From Amoebophrya sp. A120 (lineage: Eukaryota; Protista; Dinoflagellata): a stretch of 64,000 nucleotides of DNA. The notes under the pieces were generated by a model, which was not told the DNA's origin, did no database searches, and saw nothing but the letters and a program-made list of their open reading frames with translations. Location: NCBI GenBank assembly GCA_905178155.1, contig CAJINV010000022.1:1-64000 (forward strand). The letters are read 5' to 3'. This document shows positions 13,865 to 25,607 of the stretch, piece by piece; position 1 is the stretch's first letter, and every line of letters starts with the position of its first letter. A program made the position numbers and the translations under genes.

Positions 13865-14861
13865 CCGTGAAGATGAAGAAGAAACAAAGGCGCATAGATT
13901 GATCGACGTCATAATTTGAAGCATGCAGCCAAACATCAAAAGTTTCGCAGTTCTTGTTGATGTGTCACACAAGAGTAATATCAAACGACCTTTGCAAGTA
14001 GAATCCATCACGACCTTTGCAAGTAGAATCCATGAACTGTTCGCGATGAAACAGAATGATATTGAATCCGTGCTATGGGCTGTGCTTTTGCACAGCTGCC
14101 GTTTTGGTTGTAAACTAACAGACGATCATCAAAGGGCAGTAGTTGCCCGCGATGTTCGAAGGTTTTCTATTTCTGTTTCGCGAATGTCCTATGAAATGAC
14201 GTTCTGTTTCTGTAGAAGTCATGACGTCGTTTTCCATCCACGGCTTCGTTTTCGTCTTCGTGTGTTTGATCGTGCATTTTCTCAAGATCAATGCGAAAGA
14301 ATGTGCCAAAGTTGAATTTTAGTTGTCGTCCTTGCTATTCTTGTCGTTCATAAAGAATTCGTTGACCTGACACCCAATTCCGTTGCCGTTCTTTCCGTGC
14401 CATACAGCGTCGTCTCCAAGAAAGAACCATCGTTCTGTCGTAATCATATTGCAACCTCGTCGTGTCATCTTAGTGTGGTCGTCTTGTTCATCCCGCCACA
14501 TAATTCCAGCTTGCATATTACATGCTTCCCTGCTACGTGTCCTTCCATCTCACCAGCGCAAGAACTACTACCTCCCTTGAATGAATTAACATTAAGTGTG
14601 TTTAGTGAACTAACCTGCAACATTTAATGCCGTCCCAACGTTTCTGAGGCGGTCCTCGGTCTAGTCATGTTTTGTAGTTCCTGGTCGCTGGTGTACTAGA
14701 AGTATGACATAGTGCTTTTACGCGAGGACAGTATGAAAATTTTAGTCTCCTGGTTTTCCCTATCCCTTATTACTACGTGAAACAAATGAGATAAGTTGTA
14801 GCTGCAGTAGGGATCTCGATAAAGTCGAAATCAAGATAGTATCAAGGCGACCAGCAGCAAC

Positions 14862-17706
14862 ATGGAGTCCTCGGAGGAGGAAGCCGAATCCTCGGTCCTT
14901 GAGTCAGCCGCCGGATCGGGACATCATCATCATGACCCCGTCGTGCTGGAGGCAGCCGCTGTCGCGGGGTATCAGTATCAGTATTACGACCCCGCAGAAC
15001 AACTTGCAGCCGCCGGCGCGGGGTACAACTATCAGCCTCAGTATTTTTACGACCCCGTGAATCATCAACAAGCAGCCGCCGGTGCGGGGTACTACAACAA
15101 CTTCTATGAGTATCAAAATCACACCCCTGGAGGTGCACCGGAGCAAATATCCGCCGGCGCGGGGTATGGGCGGAACCGCAAGGAAAATCACAACGAGCGG
15201 ATCACGAACCGTGTCTGTTGCCTCGACGACAGCTTCCCCTTTGGGCGATGCGGCTGCGACAAGCGCAAGCAACCTGTGCCGTCGCACAAGTGCTGCTGCG
15301 CCCCGTGCGTCTTTTTGAACTACGAGGGCTGCACGGTGCTAACCTTCTGCGCCTTCACTCCCTTCTTCTACTTTTGCAGCATGTGCTACGGCGCCTGCTG
15401 CTACAAGGCGCCGCTGTTCGGTATCGACTACTGGCCTACGGGCGGGTACTACAACGACTTAGTGGGCGGCGGTGGGGTGCTCGGGGCGCCGGTAGTCGTG
15501 GAAAGAGACCCAAGCAAGAGACTGTTGCAAGCGTCAGTGAGGCATAATCAGGATCATGGTACTAGTACGTATGGGACTACGAGTACCATAATAGGATCAC
15601 CTGGACCAACGCCAAGACCAACCGGCGCCGCGACTAGCATGAGAGAGACCAACATGGGCGTAGTATCAACTCCTGGTGTTAGTATAATTTCGAGGGCGAC
15701 CGGAGTAGGATCTCCTGGTCAACAACAACATCTGCAAGGAACTACTGCACCAAGGCCTTCTGCCGCACAACAGATCGGAAACAGAGGAACTATGGCCTTC
15801 GGAGCTGGTGGAGCAAGTACAACTACAGCTCCACGTGCGAAAGGACCGCAGCGACTCACCGTAGTGAACTTCGCCCACGGACCCTATGCCAACGAGCTTC
15901 TGCAGGGGAACAATAGAGGGTTGGTGAATATGAAGACTGTACAACCTGGTGGCAGCTCTCCTTCGCAACAACTTCCGAAAGCGAAAAGTACAACGGTAGT
16001 TAGCTTCTCCCATATCAAATGCAAAAATGTCTGGGTCTGGAAGAGTGCGCGATTTGTCATGCAGCTTTTCCCTGACCCATGAGATCTGGAATGGAGGACC
16101 TAGCATGACAGATTCTGCGCGATCTCTCTCATGCCTATCCTGCATGAGATACTCCCTCCCGACTTGATCAAAACTGGACGACTTTTGGTAATCATGCAAC
16201 ACAGATTTTTGCATGATTCAGATTTAGCATGACAAGTTGCATTCTTCCAGACCCAGACATTTTTACATTTGATATCCCACGGCCCTCCGCAAAAACTCAC
16301 GGACCGGGAGCTGCTGTTCTCTAGCGACTCCGTATCAAAAGGAAAAATCCCCCCTCCCCATATCGAAACCGAAATTTGTGATGCTGTATCTGAGTACACA
16401 AATCAGCTCTGTATTGCAGTAAGGCACTGCAGGTAAAGCCTAAGCCTGCGTAGGGGTGATTTGGTGTAGGTGCTTAGCATAGCAAATGCCTGCCATGTAG
16501 GCGCAACAGCATTGCAAATCGCTTGCATAAGACGGCACACTCTTTGGGTTTGCTCTCCTGCAAGAGAGACAGGATTTGTGGCCTCAAATCAGCATCACAA
16601 ATTTTTAGAAGCATACCCTTTCAGTATGGGGAGGGGGGATTTTTCCTCACAATACTCCGACCGGGAGCACCATAATTACAACAACGCGTATAGAAATTTC
16701 GGACAGCCACAGCTACGAGGTGCTGGAATGGCCGGTGTCCAACGAACCCAAACCGCACCGCAACTAGGAACAACTACTGCAAATAGAAAACGCTCGAGTG
16801 AGGACCCTCACCAACAACTCTACCCCTCCGCCCTCCCGCTCTACGCGCAGGGCGATCGCATCCAGAGTTCGCAGCTTCTGTCCAGTTTTGAACCGAGTAT
16901 GGGGAGTTATTTGGAGAGGCAGCAACCAGCGTACTTTTCCGCGCGAGGTGGTAATAATGCAGGGATGTTGGGGGGCAACAAGAGTGCTGGGCAGCAAGTA
17001 GGGCAAGGGCAACATCAAAATAGTACAATTGTGATTGATCGCTATCAAATGCAAAAATGTCTGAGTCTGGAAGAATGCAAGAGTGTCATGCTTGTCTGGC
17101 ATGCCTCGAGAATCTGTGTTGCATAGGCACGAAAAAGTCCTCTTACCTGTCATGCAAAAACGCAGTTTGCCATGCGGAATACGTAAGACATGGCAGCCAA
17201 AAAATTTGTCATGCGTAGCTGCGTACTGCAGTGCGTCTATCATTCACTTTTAGCATTACAAGTTTCCAGACCCAGGCATTTTTGCAATCCATAATCGCTC
17301 AGACACGACAAATTCCTCCAACCGGAGTCGCGCGACCGCACAGCTGCACCAGATGTTACAACAAAATAGCAGCAGCAGCAATCCAAACTATCCCTCCCAA
17401 GTGCAAAGTTACAACAACATCAACAACGCTTCTGGCTCTGCTGTTGTTACTAGTAACAAATCTAGTGGACACGTGTCGCCCATCATGAGCACAGGAGCAT
17501 CGCCCATCATCCCCATTCCCGGCGCGCGGCTACAGGATTCGCGGCGGCACTCGATGGCGCGGCAGGAAATCTTGACAGGGTCGGCCGGGAAAAGGGATTT
17601 TAGGATACGCGAAGAGGGGGACACTTCGGAAACATCGACGAGTTCTGATGAGTCCTTCGTTAGCAAACGGGAGGCGCAGGATCGGCAGGGTGAGGAGAAG
17701 TCGTAG
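14862..17706 (+). CDS. Unknown protein (about 664 aa) with Tyr/Gln repeats, a Cys-rich hydrophobic segment and a low-complexity tail; 3 TIR introns
   Basis: Removing 267, 327 and 256 bp fuses ORFs 14862, 16470 and 17353 into one open frame. Confidence 0.75.
16013..16274. mobile_element. TIR introner, family D (TATCAAATGCAAAAATGTCTGGGTCTGGAA)
   Basis: About 30-bp TIR; TSD TCCCA. Confidence 0.95.
16333..16654. mobile_element. TIR introner, family E (GGAAAAATCCCCCCTCCCCATA)
   Basis: TIR; TSD CTCCG. Confidence 0.95.
17043..17293. mobile_element. TIR introner, family D
   Basis: TIR; TSD ATCGC. Confidence 0.95.
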
Positions 17707-18679
17707 GACAGAAAGAGGCCGGATCATATTATTTCTTCGGAAAAATCTTGTTTTCCCCTTGAAGAAGATATTTTTCTCTTTGAGTGCTTTATTCGCTTAT
17801 AGTTACCCCAATATCAACTCCCACACACGCTCATCCCGAAACCCAAAAAATGTTCGTATAATTCCCTCTCACCTCTATCCCCCAATCGATTTTTTCGAAT
17901 TCACGTCCTTTTATCAGGACCCGCCCAGTCGGGCTGTGTTTTTCGATTTTTTCCACATAAGTGCTATACCATATTACCAAAGCCACTGTGTATCGTTCAG
18001 AAGTACAACTATCCCGAAGAACACGGGGGTATCAGCCTGTGGCCCGTGATTTAAGGACAAACAACCCTGCTTTGCTGGTGCGATTTTGTGCTTTTTGTTT
18101 TTTCGTACTTGCGCAGCTGTGTCGGTGCTAGAGTGGGTTTGGTTTCGTATCGGTTCGCGCCCGTCGTAGCACGACGAACGGTGATGGCTCCTATTGTGCA
18201 GAGAATTGTTTTCTTTCGTTTCGTTCGTTCTTACTTTCGTGCAACAAGGTTCTCGTGATAACAGTCGTACAACTTCGATTTTGGTTCTCTAATTCACAGC
18301 TTGTCCTCGTAGGTGGCGTGGTGAGCTAGCATTTCCGAAGTTAGTCCCTAGTACCGCCTCGTCGGTCGTAGACTACTAGTCGTCCTCTTTGTGCGGTGTG
18401 TCGTTCTTCTCACGATCCGTTCAAGTAGAAATCAAAAAACAGGACCCAATCCAATTTGAATTTCCACAATTCTTCCCGTCCTGTTCGCAATTTTTCGCTG
18501 TGCAAATACGTTCGTTGCTTGTATTGGTTTCGAATAGTTCGACCAGATTCCAAAAAGAAAGAGAGTCCTCGTTTTACCTGCTGGACCACAATGTGTTACC
18601 ATGTCACGTACTAGACCCGACTTCGGATTCGGAACAAGATTTGGCTATAGCTTTATCATCGGCACTAGTTAGTACTTCT

Positions 18680-20684
18680 ATGGCAACATCAAGATCAACT
18701 ACCGCGCTGGCAAGAAGAGTTTATTTGCTTCTGCAATTGCTCCTGCCATTTGATGCACCGAGCCCGACCGGCGCCGTGGAGGTTTTGGTGACGAGAATTA
18801 TAGCGCAGAAACGCACACTGAGCGATGAAGACGCAGCTGCTGGAACTAGCGACGGTGTAGTAACTATCAACTGTAAAGATGTCTGGGTCTGGAAGAATTG
18901 ATGTTTGTCATGCCTGTCTGGCATGATTCTTAAATCTGTCATGCACGGCACCCAGGAGCTCTGTTTTTCTGTGATGCAGAAACGCAGTTTGTCATGCAGA
19001 ATAGGCAACACCTAGAAGCTCAGAAACTTGTCATGCTGAGCCAGCATTTGTGGCCTCATCATGAGACGCCGCCCAGCATCACAAGTTTCCAGACCCAGAC
19101 ATTTTTACATTTGATAGTAACTGCGGGAGCGCATCCCGGATCCTCCTCGTCCACGAGTGCTGCTGTTGACGCATATCCTGGGTAGAAACGTCCCCACCCC
19201 GGAGTCAAGATGGGAACTTTGCAACACAAACCTAGAGAGAAGTTTTGGGGGTCACGCATGACAAATTTCAGCTCATACTGTAGTGCAGATTAGCGTGCTG
19301 GACAGCCGCATTACAAATCCGTCTGCTTATCCTGGCTGCAGCATTACAAATTTTGATAACGTGACTGGAAATGCCTATCATGCGTATGCGCAACACAAAT
19401 GTTCCTGTCATTGGAAATCAGCATGACAACTCTGGTGGGGTGGGGACGTTTTTCCGTGCGAGAACGCATCCAAATCATTAGGTACGTCAGCCTCGATCAG
19501 CCTTGTCGACAACACCACCGTTCGGGTGGACCCCTGCGCTGAGCAAAGCAATTTGTGCGAGGAGTACGAAATTCTGCACGACCTCGAAAATTGCCGCCGG
19601 TTCGAGTATGACAGTGCACAACTCCCCCTCCCCCTCATTTGTATACACATGAACGGCAATACAAGCATCAGCAAGACTGCCGGTTTTGCATGGCAAATTC
19701 GCACTTGAGTGGACTACCAGAACTAACTTGTCATGCAAACAGTGCCAAGAGGCAAAGAGTGGATTGGGTACTAGTTTGCATGACAAATAATGAGGGGGAG
19801 GGGGAGTTGTGCACTTTCATATCGAGAATAAAAAAGTGGAGAAACTGGATTTAGAATTCGATTACGAAAACGACAATCTATTTGCCATCGGCGTAGCCAG
19901 TGGGGTCTTGAAACCCGGGACGACGACGAGTACAACTCTTAATATTACTGATGGAACAAATACTAAAAATCCGCTGAAACAAGCCACGCCACACAGAAGT
20001 CCCTTCACGGCCTTAAGCAGGGACTCCAGTATCGACGACCCGGTGGACTTTTACGTGTGGGCGTCGAAACTGAACGGTGGTAGAAGCGACGAAACACTTA
20101 TCGGGAAAGACTTGCCGGCAGAGACCGCGGTTTGGCTCACGGCAGATGATAAAGCTGCAACAACTGCTGATCATGTTGACAACAGCACAGCAGCAGCAGC
20201 AGCAGCAGAAGGTTCTTCGTCCTCCTATACCGTTCCGGAACCCCGGATGATTTTGGGAGAGGAACAGAAAGATTTTTTTTCGGGCGACCCGGAGAAAGAT
20301 ATCCTGAGAGTTTCTTTAACGAGGCTGAAAAAAGAGGAGAAGGAGGAGGAGGGCTCTGGTGAAGGGGGAACATCAGCGGGAGCTTCTGATGCACCTACTT
20401 CCACAATCGCCCCTCTGCAGATTGTTCTGGAGTCTTGGACGTGCGAGAAAAAACTCCCCGACGAAAACATTTTTACCGGATTGGACGACGCGTGCGGGGA
20501 GACTCCGGGCAGCGCGATGTTTCAGCTTTTGACCCTGGCGAAAAGGAGTTGCTGCAGTGACGAGACTGCGCGAATGGGGGACGCGAAGCTGGAGTGCACG
20601 ATGGACAAAGACGAGTGGAAAGAAGAATGCGGGTTGGACATTTGCGACTGGGGACCATCGCTGGAGGAATCTTCGTGCTGTTGA
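18680..20684 (+). CDS. Putative secreted protein (about 410 aa) with a Cys-rich C-terminus; 3 TIR introns
   Basis: Hydrophobic N-terminal stretch VYLLLQLLLPF; removing 257, 295 and 220 bp gives one frame to the TGA ending at 20684; start codon uncertain. Confidence 0.7.
18865..19116. mobile_element. TIR introner, family D
   Basis: TSD GTAAC; near-identical reverse complement of 57108-57359. Confidence 0.95.
19174..19463. mobile_element. TIR introner, family C (AAAAACGTCCCCACCCC)
   Basis: TSD ACGCA; right end AGA instead of ATA. Confidence 0.9.
19607..19821. mobile_element. TIR introner, family B (TATGAMAGTGCACAACTCCCCCTC)
   Basis: TIR over 30 bp; TSD TCGAG. Confidence 0.95.
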
Positions 20685-21698
20685 TGAAAGGTGAAAGAAT
20701 CTAATAAAGTACTGTTCCGTTTAGGTTTACTTTTCCGGATGATCCGGAAGCTTTATAGAAGTTCTTGTAGTGCTAGTGCCACTGTAAAGAACTTGTAGAA
20801 GTGCTTCCCATTTTATATATTCTGTGCCTGCCGAGTCGACTTATTACACCACGGAGACTCCTCCAGCAGGCTTCGTCTTCGTACAATATCTATATCTCCG
20901 AGCAGGCTTCGTCCAGTCTGCCCCAGCAGACTTCGTCTTGTTTTCGTGTGTAGACTTTGACTGAGCATGGAAACTGCGCTTTAGATTCCCTCCCATGTCG
21001 GTTGTGTTTCTGTTTCCTCACCTCGAACTCTGGCAGAACTTCAAGATAGGAGTAAGAGGTCAACGCAAAAATTCTCTCCCTAGTGCAAGCACGTACAGAA
21101 AAATCGCAGCCGTATTGAAACCCCCGCTCCTGTATCGTAGAGCTGGAGCTCTACTAGGTTCTTGTGTTGCATTTTCTGAAAAGACCACGAGACTCCGGGT
21201 AGGAAGGTCATGCATCTACCGACAGGACAATACAACTGTTTATCGTCCAGAAGTCTTCACTCGGTAGTTCTCTCGTGCAGTTGTTTTACTTAGTTCATCA
21301 CACAGATAGATAAAATTCTTTTGCATGGCAAAAGTGTTGAAATTTGGTCGCTTTTGTCCTCGTTCTCACACCATCGTGCGTCTCCTGTCAAATACAACTT
21401 CGTGCAGCTCCTCGTCAAAAGCTGCAACATCTTCCTCGTTCTGGTAGTGTAAAAGCTACAACTTCGGACGATCTTCATCATTATGAATGAAAGAAAATGA
21501 TATTTGCTTGCGTTTTGTGCCGCAGTTACGACTTCACTATTAATATGCCGATAACCAGGACGCGTGGTCCCAGAACTACACTAAGAACCCAAGTACCTAC
21601 TTAGTTGACTACCTCTTGTTGGTCCTCTGTAGTTCTCGCTTTTGTTTCGTTTTAAACCCGCAATATAGAACCTCCACGTAAGACTCAGACAAGCAGCA

Positions 21699-23914
21699 AT
21701 GTCGCTTCTTGTTCTTGTGCAAGAACTACATAAACGGCGTGTACAAGACCTTTGGCGCAGCAGCACCACGAAGGGAACTTCGTGTTCCGCCGCCGTCCTC
21801 GCAGGAGCACTTCTGTGCGGCTTTCTCTGTGAACAAGGTGAACACGACGCGTTGTTGGGTCGTTTTTCTAATTTCCGTGGAGTTGCGGCGGTTGAGGTCC
21901 TCGTGAAGACTAGAACAAAGAACACTCACACTGCTCGTCAACATCTATCCAGCGTCGACTTTCTTGGCGATTGCTTGCCGCGTCTGGAAAACGACCTCGC
22001 GGAGTGCAAACGTTGCTGTTCCGGAGCGCACGTTTACAAGTGCACCGGCAGATGTCCGAATAAAGAGGCAAACAAGGCAAAAAAGGCGCAACAGAAAAAA
22101 AACTGCAACAGTGCCTGTGAAACGGAATTTGAAGAATATCAAAAAACGTTAACGACGCCGGCGCCAGCGCCGAGTGGTGGTGACAATACTGGTACATCAA
22201 CGACGCCGACCCCAACGCCTAGTGGGAGCGATGGCACTTCTGGTAGCACCACGCCGACACCGACACCTAGTGCAAGTAGTGGTGATCAAAACTCCGGTGA
22301 CGGATCTTCGGCAGATGGTGGTGGTGAAGCGTCCGCCGCCGGGGCTGCTACAGGCAGAAGCGGCGCCCCGCATATGGAAGAGGCAAACTGTGTGTTTTCT
22401 AGTTGTGTAAGCTGTTTAGTGCAAGACGAAGACAGCGGAAATGCAAATAAGAATAACTTATCATGCTGTGGCTGTGCAGATGGTGCGGACGTGCAGTACG
22501 TGAATTAAGAATAATATTATACTATAATATTGTGTTTTTACAACGCACACACACTAGATGAATTATGGCCCCTGCATACCTTTTACAAACCATGAACATG
22601 ATGACAGACGCTTACAAACCAGATTGATGAACCCTCGTGCATGTAGCTTCTCATGGCCACACACTTCATACGCAACTAGCGCAGTAGTTTTTTGTTTTCT
22701 TGCATACCAGAGGCAGGGGGCTCCGTGGACTTTACATCGCAAGGCGGAGCAGGGAGTAACACAAATAGTGCCGCGAAGAACTCTCCACCTCCTTCTACTG
22801 GGTCTTGCGGTTCCAATATCCACTGCAAATAATATATCTGGGTCCGGAATAAACTTGTGATGCAGGTTTGCGTTTGGCAATCATGAGGACTTGTTTGAAT
22901 TGACGGCCAAGCATGACAAGTTTTTGAGTTGTTAGGTGTAGTTGATGCCGATTCTGCATGGCAAACTGCGTTCTTTCCGGATGACAACAAAATGGGGCGA
23001 CGTTCACGTTTGCGTAACGTGCATGACAGACTTGAGAGATGTCATGGTCACTCGTCTGACCGAACAACATGACAACTCTTGCATGATTCTTCCAGCACCA
23101 GATGACCCAGATCGATCTTCCCAATGCATACCCAACACTACGGTGATCGTTGTCGTGGTGGTCGTCGCGCTGGTGCTACTTGTGGGCATCGGTCTGATTC
23201 TCTTCAGGTTGAGCGACGGAGGAGACTACTACTCGCCCGACGACTATTACGCGCCGGAAGACGCTTTTAACTACTCGCAAGGCAAAGGCACCCGGGGCTC
23301 GATGATCATGGGAACCAAGGGCGGTTATCCTGTGCAAAAGTATCGTACGCGTAGTAATTGCGTTGATGCATGACAAATCTCTTTCTCAAGGTAAATCAGC
23401 ATTCCAAATTCGATTTGTAATGCTGCGCCAATTTGTAATGCTAGTACGATAGGATACTTTTGCGATGCATAGGTTTTTATCAAATGCAAATACCAGTCTG
23501 GGGTCTCGGGACGATGAAAGAACTTGTGATGCTGCTGAACTCTGCCTGATTCTGATTACATTTGCAACACTACAACTTCCGGAGGCAGCTACGCAGATGA
23601 AGTTTGTGGAGCGTGTTCTCATGCAAGGATGACGTCGATTCGTTTTCGTTTAAAGCAACGAACCACATGGTTCCCAAACTAACACTAGGAGGTGGACTTT
23701 TCTTCTTGGTCATGCAAAAACAATACTTAATTTACAGGAGATTTAATCTGCAGCGCTTAGAGGAATGGAAGACGAGCATCACAAGTTCCAGTTTCCCAGA
23801 CCCACATCGATTTCCAGTTGATACGCCAACATGACGCGGCCGTCCAAAGGGGGTTACGGAAACAAAGGGGACAAGACCTACGGAGGTGGCTACGGAGGAG
23901 GTGGATACTATTGA
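21699..23914 (+). CDS. Putative type I membrane/surface protein: Cys-rich domain, Thr/Pro/Gly/Ser stalk, one TM helix, Gly/Tyr-rich tail
   Basis: ORF 21699 joins the VIVVVVVVALVLLVGIGLILF exon after removing 22373-22706 and 22817-23130 (each plus 5 bp); last junction uncertain. Confidence 0.6.
22373..22706. mobile_element. Degenerate TIR introner, family G-like
   Basis: TATGGAAGAGGCAAACTG ... TTTTCTTGCATA; TSD ccgca/ccaga; 339-bp removal keeps frame. Confidence 0.6.
22817..23130. mobile_element. Degenerate TIR introner, family D
   Basis: TSD tccaa/cccaa; internal TTGTGATGC and GCATGACA motifs. Confidence 0.8.
23326..23471. mobile_element. TIR introner, family A
   Basis: TATCCTGTGCAAAAGTATC ... 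GATACTTTTGCGATGCATA; TSD unclear. Confidence 0.8.
23478..23823. mobile_element. Degenerate TIR introner, family D
   Basis: TATCAAATGCAAA..GTCTGGGGTC ... CAGACCCAC..GTTGATA; TSD not recognisable. Confidence 0.7.
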
Positions 23915-25607
23915 AGGCGACATGATGGAGCGGAATCAATTTTTTCGTATGTTGTTTCGTGTATTCGTACACTATCCGCTCTGTCGACTATCCTGCATAC
24001 TTTTCTTTTCGTGTTTAGACTTTGACTGAACATCCAAGCCTTTTAGATTACCCCGCATGAAGATATTAACGGCTGTGTTTCAAGCTCCCCTCAAAACAAG
24101 ACAGAAGATGAAGATAGGCGTAAGAGGCCCACGTACAAGTACAGAAAAATCGACGCAGCCGTAAAATGCCTGCTCCACCTGCATCGTAGCGTATATCTAT
24201 GTTCATCGTCGTTCAGCTTGAGCATGATGTGGTATTCAATTTGGATCGACGTTTCCCCTTCACGTTCGAAAATCATGAAACATTCTCGGTCGTTTGATAA
24301 GATGTAGGATCACATAGCCGAGTGATGATCCTCTAGCAATAGATAGCGAAACGCTGTACATCAACTAAGCAAGCACTAGAAGCGGAAAATAGAAGACAAA
24401 AGTTGATCAAACAGTCAGTCAGTCAGTCAGTCAGTAGGATTGCAGCTGATCATCCTTTCGTCAATAGTTGTCGTCGTGTCTATCTATGGGCAAAAGCTTA
24501 TCTGCAGTTTGTTGTCCGATCATATTTTCGCCACACTACATCGGCATCATCCTCGGTCATGGTAAAATTTCTGGGCTGTTGCGTCAAAGCAGCATCAAAG
24601 TTGGTGCTTCGTCTCGTCATGAAAAAGGGAGTCCGCCACTGTGGATGCAAAAATTCTTGTCGTGTGCTAGTAAGTGTACTTATTCGGGATCAAGTTGTTC
24701 GTGTGTAAAATTCGGGATGTTGGTTCGTCGTTTTTCGTTTCCGTCGAGCTTTTCGAAAAAGTTCTTTGTTCTTTTCAACTTATTTTGCGCAAATGCAACA
24801 TAAGTCGGGTAGGGGTACGGACGTAGCTGTTGCTTCTGATATCAAGTTTTTTACAATTCGCTACAACCCGCCTGCCCTCGTACTAGTTTAGGCCGGCAAG
24901 CACGAGGATCGTCTGGATTTTTTTTCAGAAAAACATTCGCGTTTTGCCTTTATTTCCCGGCCAAATACAGAGTCTTAAGCTACAAGGCAGAGAGCGGTCG
25001 GTTGCGCTTGTGCACCATAAAAAAACATCTCATGGCGTTTCTCTCCAAGTGCCCCCGGCAGACCATCGGGGTCGAGATCCACGGGGATCTGGTTTGCGGC
25101 GTGAAACACCGAACCGAGGGCAAACTGCCCGGACCGGCGCCTGGGTACCACGTGTTGACCGCTTCATGCAGTTTCTTCGACATCGAGATCGACGTCAAGT
25201 TCAACATGTCGTGCAGCTTCTACCATATTTTTCTACCATGTAGTCACGCTCGACACCGCTTCTATTATTTGATGAGATTTGCATGGATGCTGCAGCGCTA
25301 GCAACCTAAAGAGTATTAAAAGTGGACGAGAAGAAACTCCTCCTATCCACAGGTCTTACAACCCGTCCCAAAATTTGGTCCGGTCTCGATCAATCGGCGC
25401 AGGTATGCAAGGGAACAAGGAACATCTCAGGAGAGAGAAAAACTTGTGATGCGTCCTTTGCAAAATGCTGGTTGTCTCGATGAGGCACCTGCGACACCGC
25501 AACTACTGCAGGTCGTTGCAAAAGACCAGGCATGATCTTAATCCAGGTCGGCATCACAAGTGAACTGCTTATTGCAGTTTAGTCTCTATCTCCGATTCAT
25601 TTTCATA

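Noticed and set aside
24411-24436. (CAGT)n microsatellite
   Set aside because: Ordinary short tandem repeat
25344-25607. Possible degenerate introner (TATCC..CATA, cctcc/ccttt)
   Set aside because: TIR barely recognisable and the upstream frame could not be joined, so it is not listed as a feature
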